DNA from: a virus
Lineage: Duplodnaviria; Caudoviricetes
DNA: 44,740 nucleotides
IMG/VR virus record: IMGVR_UViG_3300049043_000054
Coordinates: 1-44,740 of that record
Strand: one strand, 5' to 3'
The stretch's first letter is position 1; each line of letters starts with the position of its first letter. The translations under genes and the position numbers were made by a program. The notes under the pieces are model-generated. The model was not told the DNA's origin. It made no database searches and saw only the letters and a program-made list of their open reading frames with translations. This document shows positions 20,353-29,223 of this stretch, in pieces.

Positions 20353-23300
20353 TGTCTGGAACAGATAATCCATTTGCAGCACTTATACCAGAACAGCCTG
20401 ACAATCCTTTTGCAGCAATCACACCAGCAAGACGTGTAACTAGCGGTGGGATCATTCGCAATATTCCAGGTATGAGCATTGCAATGGATGTTGCGCGAGG
20501 CTTCACTGGTGCTGTGCCTGACATTGCAGGGCTTACTGGCTATCTAAGCGGTAGTGAGGGGCTAACTGATTGGAGCAGACGTGCTAATACATTCCTTGAT
20601 CAAAACATAGCACCACGTGCTGAGTTTAAGGATGATCCTGCTCGTGCACTCATTCAAACTGCTGGACCAGCATTGATACCGCTTGGCGGTCCTGTAGCTA
20701 CTACTGCAAGCACGGCTAATCGCATTGTACGTATGTTACCAACAGGGCTACAACAAACCCCTGGTGTAGCTGGTACGATTGGTGGTGTTGTACGTGCTGG
20801 TGAGATCGCGTTACCTGGCTCAGCACCATACACTGCTGGTAACATTGCGCTCAATGCTGCTGCCGGTGCGGGCTTATCTTACGGTGCTGAAAAATTAGCT
20901 GATGCTGCTGAGGAAGCACGTCTTGCGCGCATCAATCCGCCACAGACAACATCAGTCGTTGCACCAGAAGTTGTAGATAACCCATTTGCAGAGATTAAGC
21001 ATTGGACAGAAACTGCACAAGATGTGCTACCGTGGGTAGTTGGTGGGCTATCAATACTTAGTGTTGGCGCGGCAATGCGTTATCAACAACGGTTTGCACA
21101 GCGACAGCTTGATGCAGCTAACCCAACAGCACTAACACAGCCCGGTACACCTGACGCTATGCGGCCTATGACGGGTGTGATCGAGGGCATTGAAAATGGT
21201 TTATTCAATCAGTACACTGTATTGAATAATCGCATTGATGAGCGTGTGCGTGATGGGGTTATCACTCGACAAGAAGGTGATAACATCATGGGTACAGTAA
21301 TAACACATGCCAATGAAGCTGTCAATAGCGATGTGCTGCGTGAAGTGTGGGACACTGGTTTATTCCCTGGTGGTACTAAGACAATTCCACCTAGTGAAGT
21401 TGCCTATCGTGCGTCATTGCTGCGTGGTCAGAATGTTGATCAGGTATCAAAGCGTGATGATTTCACACGCTTCAATGATATGCTTGCAGCAATGGATGAA
21501 TTAGATGTACGCAAGGATAATCGTAATCGTGGAGTGTGGCGTACCGATCCTGTAACTGGTAAGCAAGTTAAAGGTGAACCACGTAGGTCTGCGCTTTCAG
21601 ATAGAGATGATGCAACACTTGAAGGAATAGTTGCAGAAGGTAGACGTTCGCCACAGATAGCAAAACTTGTGGATGAATACCGTCAGATTAACAATGCATT
21701 GCTAGACTACGGGCATAAGATGGGCATATGGTCAGCGAAGGAAGTTGCTGACATGCGCGCTAAGAACCCTAATTACATGCATCGTATGATTGCTGATCTA
21801 GTACTAGAACGCAATCAGCGCGCAGGGCTTAGCCCTATTGTGTCAGCGATGGAAGGTAACTCACCGCTTACCAATCGTAATCGTGCAGAGAATGCTGGAC
21901 CTGATCGTTACCAAGATGCTATGATGAATATGCAGGATGGCATCGGTCAGACATTAGACTTCATTCGTCGCAATGAAGCATTGAAAAGTGTTGCTAATAA
22001 CCTGTCAAGCACGTTTCCTAGCGGTGGTGCTAAGCCGCTTAGCGGCATTGGTCGTGTGTTAGTTGATCGCCCCGGTGTAAAGACTGATCCTGCATATGTG
22101 CCTGTACCGTTTCGTGATCACAATGGCACACGATACATACTAGAACTTGATCCGACAATCAGCCAAGGCTTGTTGCCATACCCACGCGCATTCATGCCTA
22201 TTGCTAATGCAGCACGTATGCTTGAGCAGAAAATGACAACAGGGCCTATCGGCTTTCTGCTTGGTAACTTGCAAGCGCCCGCATCTATGGCTATGGGTGC
22301 GGTTGCTGCGCTTATTAGTGCGCCATCGAACATGCGCATTGGCATATTGGATAAGTGGATACAGAACAGCACAGGCATTAGCCCGCGTAAGCTTGGCATC
22401 GTTGATCCCACATTCTTTGCGCAGGTACTAGCTGCGCCATTGCGTGATCTGTGGGATTTGCGCGGTCAAGTACTTGGCAATGCCATTCAGCGTTCACTAG
22501 ACAAGAACGGCTTCATTGCTAATCAGCTAGGACCAGTACGCGCACAAGCTATGGCTGACGCATTTAAGCGTAGCTATGAAGCTAGTGATCTGCATAGGAT
22601 GAAAAGCGAGGGGTTGATTGCGCAGGGCTTGTCCTATGCTATGGAAGGACAAGGGCTGACGGGCTTTGCTGCGCAGATGAAGAACCTTGCGCAGAATAAT
22701 CCTGAATATGCAAAGGTAATGAATTATGGTGGGTTTGCGCCTGATATAACTAAAGTACGTACGCTAGAACAATTCCGTGAATGGGCGGCGGTAAAGGGCG
22801 CACGTATAACGCCAATCACAATGCGCAAAATCTGGCAAAGCTACTCTAAGTTTCTCGATCTAGTAGCTAATGCGCCACAGAGCGCTATGTATCGTGCAAA
22901 TAAAGGCACCAATGAGCGTGGTGTAATCGGTTATGCTCGCTCAGTGACAGGTGATCCGTCACAATACGGCAGCTATCGTGTTGTGCAAGGCATTTTGTCC
23001 ATGATACCGTACGGTAACATCATGGTGCAAGGTGCGCATCAACCTGTGAAGGCATTTAAGCGAGAACCTGCATCGTTTGCTGTGCGCACTGCAATGTTTG
23101 CTACGATGGCAAGCACTGCAATGCTGCAATCCGCAGTTGATGCTGATGAACGTGCAGTTGCTGAGGGCAAACCGCCTAAATCAGTAGCACACATGCTGAC
23201 ACGTGATAGTCGTGATGCGGCTGGTGCGTTTCGTTTCTACTGGAACAGTGATGATCCTGAAAGTAGCATTCGTGTGCCTATCGAACAAGCATTTGCACCG

Positions 23301-24287
23301 TTCTTTAGTGCCGTATTAGGCTCAATTCAGGCAGGATTTGATGTAGATAATCCAGACTTCTTCACCGAACGCTATGCACCGCTGCGTGATAGCCTGCATA
23401 GGCTCATTGAAGATGGCAATGATCAACGTATGCGCGCATCATTTGGCTTAGCTGGTGCTGATGTGCCGATGCTTGGCGCAGTTGATGCAGCGTCACGGCT
23501 AATCACTGGCAGCACAGTAGAAAATGCTATGTCATTTGCTACTGGCCCACGTATTGCTCCTGATCGCAGCGCTAAATCACTTGATCGCATGATGATGAAC
23601 AATGATGTAAGTGATAGATACACTGCAACAGTATTGCAGACTGCAATGGGTTATGGGGGCGAGTCATTGCTGGACCTATGGCGCACATTTGGTATTGTGC
23701 AACGTACTGAGGGGACTGCGGCTGCTGCAAAAGCAACGCTTGGGCAGTACGGTGCAAACATTACTGGTGGTGCGCGCATCGTAGGTCCAGCAATGTTCGG
23801 CCAAGAGCGCAGGATGCGCAGCAATGACGTTGTTGGTGAAACAATCCTAGCTATGGAGCAGAAGTTAGATACTATCACGCGCAATCTTGGGCAGATACGT
23901 GGTGGAGAAGGCACGATTGGGCCTTCAACACGCTTGCGTGAACCGGAGTTTGGTGGTGGTCGTGCAGGTGTGCCAGAAGATATGCAGCCAGTGCTGCTAC
24001 AGCTTGCACAATTCAATTCACAGATTAGCAAGATACAGCAGCAACGCAAGGATAAGCTAGAAGAATTGCGCACGTTGAATAGTTCGCCAATCCTTCGTGC
24101 CAATCCTAGCGAGTTGCGTACTAGGACTAATCAGGCAGCGCAAGAAGTGCGTGAGATAAATGCACAGATATATCAGGCTATGCTGAGTATAGAAGCTGAT
24201 CTATCTGATGATACAGGGCGGCGTGTGCGCATCGCTGACATTGATCCAATGAAGGGCCTTGATCAGTTTCCGCGCATACATCGTTAA
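20352..24287 (+). CDS. Large internal virion / DNA ejection protein (1311 aa)
   Basis: Largest ORF, last in the structural arm, repeated DNPFA motifs at the N-terminus; no enzyme motif recognised. Confidence 0.7.
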   Translation: MSGTDNPFAALIPEQPDNPFAAITPARRVTSGGIIRNIPGMSIAMDVARGFTGAVPDIAGLTGYLSGSEGLTDWSRRANTFLDQNIAPRAEFKDDPARALIQTAGPALIPLGGPVATTASTANRIVRMLPTGLQQTPGVAGTIGGVVRAGEIALPGSAPYTAGNIALNAAAGAGLSYGAEKLADAAEEARLARINPPQTTSVVAPEVVDNPFAEIKHWTETAQDVLPWVVGGLSILSVGAAMRYQQRFAQRQLDAANPTALTQPGTPDAMRPMTGVIEGIENGLFNQYTVLNNRIDERVRDGVITRQEGDNIMGTVITHANEAVNSDVLREVWDTGLFPGGTKTIPPSEVAYRASLLRGQNVDQVSKRDDFTRFNDMLAAMDELDVRKDNRNRGVWRTDPVTGKQVKGEPRRSALSDRDDATLEGIVAEGRRSPQIAKLVDEYRQINNALLDYGHKMGIWSAKEVADMRAKNPNYMHRMIADLVLERNQRAGLSPIVSAMEGNSPLTNRNRAENAGPDRYQDAMMNMQDGIGQTLDFIRRNEALKSVANNLSSTFPSGGAKPLSGIGRVLVDRPGVKTDPAYVPVPFRDHNGTRYILELDPTISQGLLPYPRAFMPIANAARMLEQKMTTGPIGFLLGNLQAPASMAMGAVAALISAPSNMRIGILDKWIQNSTGISPRKLGIVDPTFFAQVLAAPLRDLWDLRGQVLGNAIQRSLDKNGFIANQLGPVRAQAMADAFKRSYEASDLHRMKSEGLIAQGLSYAMEGQGLTGFAAQMKNLAQNNPEYAKVMNYGGFAPDITKVRTLEQFREWAAVKGARITPITMRKIWQSYSKFLDLVANAPQSAMYRANKGTNERGVIGYARSVTGDPSQYGSYRVVQGILSMIPYGNIMVQGAHQPVKAFKREPASFAVRTAMFATMASTAMLQSAVDADERAVAEGKPPKSVAHMLTRDSRDAAGAFRFYWNSDDPESSIRVPIEQAFAPFFSAVLGSIQAGFDVDNPDFFTERYAPLRDSLHRLIEDGNDQRMRASFGLAGADVPMLGAVDAASRLITGSTVENAMSFATGPRIAPDRSAKSLDRMMMNNDVSDRYTATVLQTAMGYGGESLLDLWRTFGIVQRTEGTAAAAKATLGQYGANITGGARIVGPAMFGQERRMRSNDVVGETILAMEQKLDTITRNLGQIRGGEGTIGPSTRLREPEFGGGRAGVPEDMQPVLLQLAQFNSQISKIQQQRKDKLEELRTLNSSPILRANPSELRTRTNQAAQEVREINAQIYQAMLSIEADLSDDTGRRVRIADIDPMKGLDQFPRIHR

Positions 24288-25531
24288 ACATCAGTCAGCT
24301 TCTCAAGCATCAGTGAATTAAGGTTGCGCGCTAGTATTCGGTTAGTAGCGCGCCACACTGTCTTGCGTCTGCCCTGTGTTGCTACGTCAAAGCGTTGTAC
24401 CATTTCCATCTCATGCATGATGGCTAAGGCATACTCTAACTCACGTGTCTTTAGATGCCTGCGTGTCTTGAATAGTACTTCGCTCTGACCAATACCCAAT
24501 TCACCTGCCTCAAGTAGCACAGTGCGCAGCTTGTCTATGCCATTAGTCATGCGCATAGCTTCTTTGTTTGCACCAAACAAGTCTGCTGCTGCAACCTTGT
24601 TGTGCTGAATGATCTTAATAGCATGATTGATGTGATGTGCATCAATCATCCAGCTTTCGTCATTAGCACTAAGTAACGCTGCTAAGCGCAGTATGTGATG
24701 ATCTTCTCTAGCTTCAAATGATGCAATGAACGGATCATTCGCATCACCGTCACGACGTTGCTCATACCAGCGCACAAATCTCGCTTTGGCATTTTCAGTT
24801 AGATTGATACCACGCTTTGACCAATTCTCTGCCTGTGTACGCAGTGATCGTAGCTGTTCAGCTAATGCATCAGCATTGCTGCCTTGTTCCTCTGGCCATG
24901 CCACAAGCCTCTTGCGCTTCTCTTCAATGATGAATAGGCAACGACTGGTAAAACCGCCTTCAATCACATCAGGATTGATTGCGCGCACCAACCAGCTAGG
25001 TGTGGATGCTGCGGCAAAGGTTAGATACACGTTGCGAACGCTTGTCTTATCAGTTGACATGCGACTGTATTCGCGTAATTCAGGGCAGTCATACAAGTCA
25101 GTTAGCATACCGGGCATTGCAATGGCATATTGCTCTTTGCCTAGGAATGTAACTAACTCACTGACAAGTATAGCACATGATGCATCATCATGTGCCTGTG
25201 TATGCAATGCTAACTGTTCGCGCAATTTCTCTGGTGTGATGTTTCCTGTTACTGTAACGCTGTCATTGTGAAATCCTGCTGCACGGAACACACGTTCACA
25301 CATGCGAATAGCTGTTGACTTGCGTGTGGTTCCAGCTTCTGCGCATAGTACAATGTACAGGTTCAAGAACACTGGTGCATTAGGCCGCCGCACAATCATG
25401 CGACGACCAATGGCATTGCTGATTAGCCACATACCACACCAGAAGTCATATCCTACTGGTGTTTCTAGTGGACTCATGTACTGCAAATACTTATCCAGAA
25501 ACGTGCCTTCTTTTACGGCTTCACGATACAT
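24284..25531 (-). CDS. DUF3987/YfjI-like AAA+ ATPase, probable replicative helicase
   Basis: NLYIVLCAEAGTTRKSTA (variant Walker A), ILVSEL (variant Walker B), LTDLYD, GGFTSRCLFI arginine finger, C-terminal winged-helix-like region; GGAG RBS before ATG 25531. Confidence 0.75.
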   Translation of the reverse strand: MYREAVKEGTFLDKYLQYMSPLETPVGYDFWCGMWLISNAIGRRMIVRRPNAPVFLNLYIVLCAEAGTTRKSTAIRMCERVFRAAGFHNDSVTVTGNITPEKLREQLALHTQAHDDASCAILVSELVTFLGKEQYAIAMPGMLTDLYDCPELREYSRMSTDKTSVRNVYLTFAAASTPSWLVRAINPDVIEGGFTSRCLFIIEEKRKRLVAWPEEQGSNADALAEQLRSLRTQAENWSKRGINLTENAKARFVRWYEQRRDGDANDPFIASFEAREDHHILRLAALLSANDESWMIDAHHINHAIKIIQHNKVAAADLFGANKEAMRMTNGIDKLRTVLLEAGELGIGQSEVLFKTRRHLKTRELEYALAIMHEMEMVQRFDVATQGRRKTVWRATNRILARNLNSLMLEKLTDV

Positions 25532-25770
25532 TTTGTTTGTCTCCGCCGATTGCACAAACTGTGTGCCAGTTGTAGATTGTTGAACCTATTTGTACCGCCT
25601 AATGCTACGGGTATGATGTGATCTATATTAGCATCTTCGTACTCCATAGCATTACCACATAGTGCGCAGTCACCGCCTTGCGCTGCATATAGCTTTGCTT
25701 TGATGCTTCTGCGTTCACTAGCTTTGATGTATCGTGTGCCTTGTTTGCTGCTTGGCGATCTCTTAGGCAT
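25513..25770 (-). CDS. HNH endonuclease
   Basis: CALCG...IDHIIPVALGGTNRFNNLQLAHSLCN. Confidence 0.9.
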   Translation of the reverse strand: MPKRSPSSKQGTRYIKASERRSIKAKLYAAQGGDCALCGNAMEYEDANIDHIIPVALGGTNRFNNLQLAHSLCNRRRQTKCIVKP

Positions 25771-26590
25771 CGAATTTCAGCTTCTTCATATTAGACCAGC
25801 GATGTACACCATATTCATCTGGCACACTTACTTTGAAGTCTGCGGGGATGATCAATGGCTCACCATGGATGATCAATGGACTCTCAGCATACTTACGCAT
25901 AACCTTTGCAACACGTTGCACATCACGTTCGCGGCACATAGCAGTGAGACTGTCATGGTTATTGAATGGTATTCTTGCATAGCGTGGCCATTCATCATCT
26001 TCTTGTGCTTTGTATTGTACACTGCATACAAAGTCGCCAAGCGTTGACTGCGGCTTGAATGCGATGATGCTATCCATCAAGTCCTCGTCAATGCGGCTAC
26101 CTGGAAACTCCATGCGCCTTCCTAAGCATGTCCACAATTCACGATGCTTGTACACTTCATCAATGATAACCTTCCACCATATCTTTAACTCTGGTGTTGC
26201 GCGATGGTAAGCTGCGTATGCAAGCTCAGCATCCCTAATGGACAGTCCTGTTGTTGCTGCAAGTCTTGCAGCTTGCATTCTGTAGTTAAGTCCGTGTCTG
26301 CATCTTTTGCTGATTGCTCGAAGGCTGAGAGACCCAACGGGATGCTCTGCTGTTGCATTTGTACTATCGTAGTAATCGAACTTTGGGACACTATCATACG
26401 GCACTTTGAACATTTCACTTGCCAATGCAATGTGAGCATCGTACGATCCTGGGTTGAGTCTTGCACGTTCAAACTGCTCCTTCCATTTGTCAATCTTCGC
26501 TTCCCAACCTACGATGCGCGCCTCTGCTTGTGCGCCGTCGAAGTACACATAGGCAAGGCTTTCTTCTTTCATGCGCTTGATGCCGTTCAT
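25763..26590 (-). CDS. polA: Family A DNA polymerase, C-terminal catalytic subunit (motifs A, B, C)
   Basis: Motif A YFDGAQAEAR, DAH, motif B RAISKRCRHGLNY, TCLGRR, PQST, motif C NNHDSL; own RBS GGGGTG. Confidence 0.9.
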   Translation of the reverse strand: MNGIKRMKEESLAYVYFDGAQAEARIVGWEAKIDKWKEQFERARLNPGSYDAHIALASEMFKVPYDSVPKFDYYDSTNATAEHPVGSLSLRAISKRCRHGLNYRMQAARLAATTGLSIRDAELAYAAYHRATPELKIWWKVIIDEVYKHRELWTCLGRRMEFPGSRIDEDLMDSIIAFKPQSTLGDFVCSVQYKAQEDDEWPRYARIPFNNHDSLTAMCRERDVQRVAKVMRKYAESPLIIHGEPLIIPADFKVSVPDEYGVHRWSNMKKLKFDA

Positions 26591-26781
26591 ACATCACCCC
26601 TTTTGCATAACTCGTTCACAAGCTTGGCATAGTAATCTTCTAACCACATAATGTTAGGATTACCATGCTGTTTGCTCAGTGCGATTAGCCGATCCCAATG
26701 CTGATTAAGTCCTGCGATTGCTTCTTCAATAGCAGCACTACTCATGCATATGGGATCAGGCATACGAAGTCCTGGGATCAT
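26587..26781 (-). CDS. Hypothetical protein (64 aa) between the polymerase halves
   Basis: ATGA overlaps with both neighbours. Confidence 0.65.
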   Translation of the reverse strand: MIPGLRMPDPICMSSAAIEEAIAGLNQHWDRLIALSKQHGNPNIMWLEDYYAKLVNELCKRGDV

Positions 26782-26987
26782 GGCAATGCTCGTACATACT
26801 CTAGCATCTGCTCGTAGGTCATGCTTTTATATGCAGGTGATTTGCACATGAACGTAAGCATACCATCTTCTGCCGTATCGCGTGTGCGGCTGCGCGCTTT
26901 GATCTTCTTCCAATGTGTCTCCACATCTAGTGCGCGTTCGCTTTGCACTGTGTACGGTACAATCTGAGTCACAGCTTGCTTAGTCAT
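26778..26987 (-). CDS. Hypothetical protein (69 aa) between the polymerase halves
   Basis: Start overlaps the upstream polymerase stop (ATGACTAA); AGGA RBS. Confidence 0.65.
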   Translation of the reverse strand: MTKQAVTQIVPYTVQSERALDVETHWKKIKARSRTRDTAEDGMLTFMCKSPAYKSMTYEQMLEYVRALP

Positions 26988-28662
26988 CGAACATCATCCT
27001 ATCTGCTATGAACATGCCTCTCAGCATTTCAGGTTGATTTTGAAGGTTCATGCCGCTGCCCCACAATGTCTGACTGCTAGACAAACGGCCAGGAACATAC
27101 TGTGTTCCGTATTGTTTGTAATCACTACGCATACGATTGTCAGGATCAATCTCTGCTGTGATGTACGTGCTATACAGTTTATGCTGCTCCTTGTATCTAT
27201 TGAGTAGGATCAGCATACGTCTAGCTGCATCGCTAGTACGTGGGTTTTCAATCATTGCTAGACGATTAGCTTCATCAGTGCTTGCTGTCTTACCAGTAAG
27301 CCTTAGCTGCTCAAAGAACAGCTTAGCAAGTTGTTGTGGTGAGTTTGGATTTGGATTGATTGTATCGTCACCAGTAGCCTCACGTGCTGCTGCAACAAAC
27401 TCTGCACTTAGTTGATCAACACGCGTACCAAACTCCATTTCTAGCTGCTTACGCATGTTCACATCTACACGATTGCCGAGTACTGTAGCAGCAATTAGAT
27501 GTGGCTGTAGCCGCATGACATGCTCACGATAAAACTTCCATAGCTTCTGAGACTCTAACTCTTTCTCGATGCGTCGTGCGACTTCCCAAGTAATGCAAAC
27601 ATCCTTGACGTTGTACTCCCAGAAGCTTGCAATGTTACCGCCTTCTTTCCAGTCACTCTTCTCATTCTTATAGAATGGATGTGTGGTATATTGTGCAGTG
27701 AGAAAGCCAAGATTGTGTGGCCATGTGGGATGCAGCGTATGATGTGCAAGTAATGTGTCAATCCACAACGGCTTTGCCTTGATACGATCTTTATACCAAA
27801 GCCACGCACTATCGAAGCATCCATTCTGCGCCACAAGTTGTACGCTTGCATGGCGGAGGACACGCTGTATTGCCCGTCTAACCTGTGTCTCCTCAACCAC
27901 TGACCAACGATTGTTTGACAAGCCTCTGAAGTTAATACACATGCCTTCATTAGCGTTGTTTGCAAAGCCGACACACGCGGTTTCATTGGCGATCACCTCT
28001 ATGTCAAACGATACTGGTTTGCCTTCTTGTATCATACGATCACACCACTGTATTGCATCACGTGGTGATGGATCGTAGATAGGCGTGACACTATGTTCAC
28101 GCCACACACCCCGCCGAACCATATCTAACTTGCTAATATCAAGTCTAAAGATAGGTTCTAGTGAAGGCTTTCGCATGATGTTTGCAGGATTGTGTGCAAT
28201 GATAAAGTCACGTTCTCCATCACCAACCACACTACCGCGCCATTGATCAATACCGGACTGCCCAACAATCGCTTGCAATGCAATGTCTCCAAGCACGAGT
28301 ATGTGCTTGAGGTTGGGTAGTTGTGACAATTCCCATTGGAGTAGTGCGTTCCAGTGTGCCAATTCCCCACGTGCTATTCCTTTCTTATCACCGCCTCTGG
28401 TATCTACTAGCTGTCGCTTCACTACATTAGTGATGTAGAAGTGTTGACGATGTAAGCCAAAGCCTTTCATCACATCCCATAGGAACCTGCCTGATCCACC
28501 TACTAGCGGTGTTTTCAGTTGTGTTTCCCTAAACCCAGGTGCTTCACAAACGATAGCAATAGTACTACTGAAGTTACCGTCAGCAAGACAATCCGTAGTA
28601 AGTTGCGCAGCTTGTGCTTTACGCATAAACTCACGGTTCAGTTCTCCTATAGACTCAACCAT
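26980..28662 (-). CDS. polA: Family A DNA polymerase, N-terminal subunit: UDG-like domain + 3'-5' exonuclease + thumb/pre-motif A
   Basis: UDG family-4-like EAPG..E...PLVGGSG and YITNVVK; Exo I FDIE, Exo II NGCFD, Exo III YNVKD; NPNSPQQL, STDE, GRLSS, NLQNQP, RGMFIAD, then stop. Confidence 0.92.
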   Translation of the reverse strand: MVESIGELNREFMRKAQAAQLTTDCLADGNFSSTIAIVCEAPGFRETQLKTPLVGGSGRFLWDVMKGFGLHRQHFYITNVVKRQLVDTRGGDKKGIARGELAHWNALLQWELSQLPNLKHILVLGDIALQAIVGQSGIDQWRGSVVGDGERDFIIAHNPANIMRKPSLEPIFRLDISKLDMVRRGVWREHSVTPIYDPSPRDAIQWCDRMIQEGKPVSFDIEVIANETACVGFANNANEGMCINFRGLSNNRWSVVEETQVRRAIQRVLRHASVQLVAQNGCFDSAWLWYKDRIKAKPLWIDTLLAHHTLHPTWPHNLGFLTAQYTTHPFYKNEKSDWKEGGNIASFWEYNVKDVCITWEVARRIEKELESQKLWKFYREHVMRLQPHLIAATVLGNRVDVNMRKQLEMEFGTRVDQLSAEFVAAAREATGDDTINPNPNSPQQLAKLFFEQLRLTGKTASTDEANRLAMIENPRTSDAARRMLILLNRYKEQHKLYSTYITAEIDPDNRMRSDYKQYGTQYVPGRLSSSQTLWGSGMNLQNQPEMLRGMFIADRMMFDD

Positions 28663-29222
28663 ATGCTCACAATCTCCTTCACCTGTTCACGGAAATGTGT
28701 CGTGCTACCATTGTTTGACATTTCAATGGTACGCACATTTGGCAATTCAATGTAACCACGACTGTCGCCTGCAAATGTTTTGCCTTCTCGATGCAGGCGT
28801 ACTAGCAATACATTGCTGAGGCCAAAGTAGGGTAGTAACGGTGCTGCTTCATAGTCAAACCCACTGTCACTGCATACAAATATCTTGCTTGGCGATTTCT
28901 GTATCTCACGCAGCGCAAGTTTGCCAAACACACGCATACCAAACTTGTCTTTGGCCCAATACTCAGACATGCTGATCTGTACATCTACATAACTGTTGCC
29001 AAACAACAATTCATCTGGCTCAGTTTTCTTAGCTTCGAGATACGAAACCTGTGCATCTGTGAGATTGAAGAACGCTTTAATGCCATCCTTCAATGGGCGG
29101 CTCATTTTGAACCGCATTGTGTCAGGGAACATGGACCATACATGATCAGCAGCAGTATCTTTGCCACTGTGCCTAGGGCCATTGAACAGTATCAGCTTTT
29201 GGCTGGTCAATCCATGTAGCAT
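28647..29222 (-). CDS. Deoxynucleoside monophosphate kinase
   Basis: LILFNGPRHSGKDTAA, PLK, VCSDSGFDYE motifs of phage dNMP kinases. Confidence 0.8.
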   Translation of the reverse strand: MLHGLTSQKLILFNGPRHSGKDTAADHVWSMFPDTMRFKMSRPLKDGIKAFFNLTDAQVSYLEAKKTEPDELLFGNSYVDVQISMSEYWAKDKFGMRVFGKLALREIQKSPSKIFVCSDSGFDYEAAPLLPYFGLSNVLLVRLHREGKTFAGDSRGYIELPNVRTIEMSNNGSTTHFREQVKEIVSIWLSL

Positions 29223-29223
29223 A

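Noticed and set aside
20352-24287. Virion RNA polymerase or lytic transglycosylase within the 1311-aa protein
   Set aside because: No polymerase or transglycosylase motifs were recognised, and it is far shorter than N4-type virion RNA polymerase.
26540-27000. Intron, intein or ribosomal bypass (GAC-TAA take-off to the motif A GAC) rejoining PolA
   Set aside because: No intein terminal residues or group I/II features; the gap is filled by coupled ORFs; a hop of over 400 nt would also shorten the strand leading into motif A. Not formally excluded without RT-PCR.
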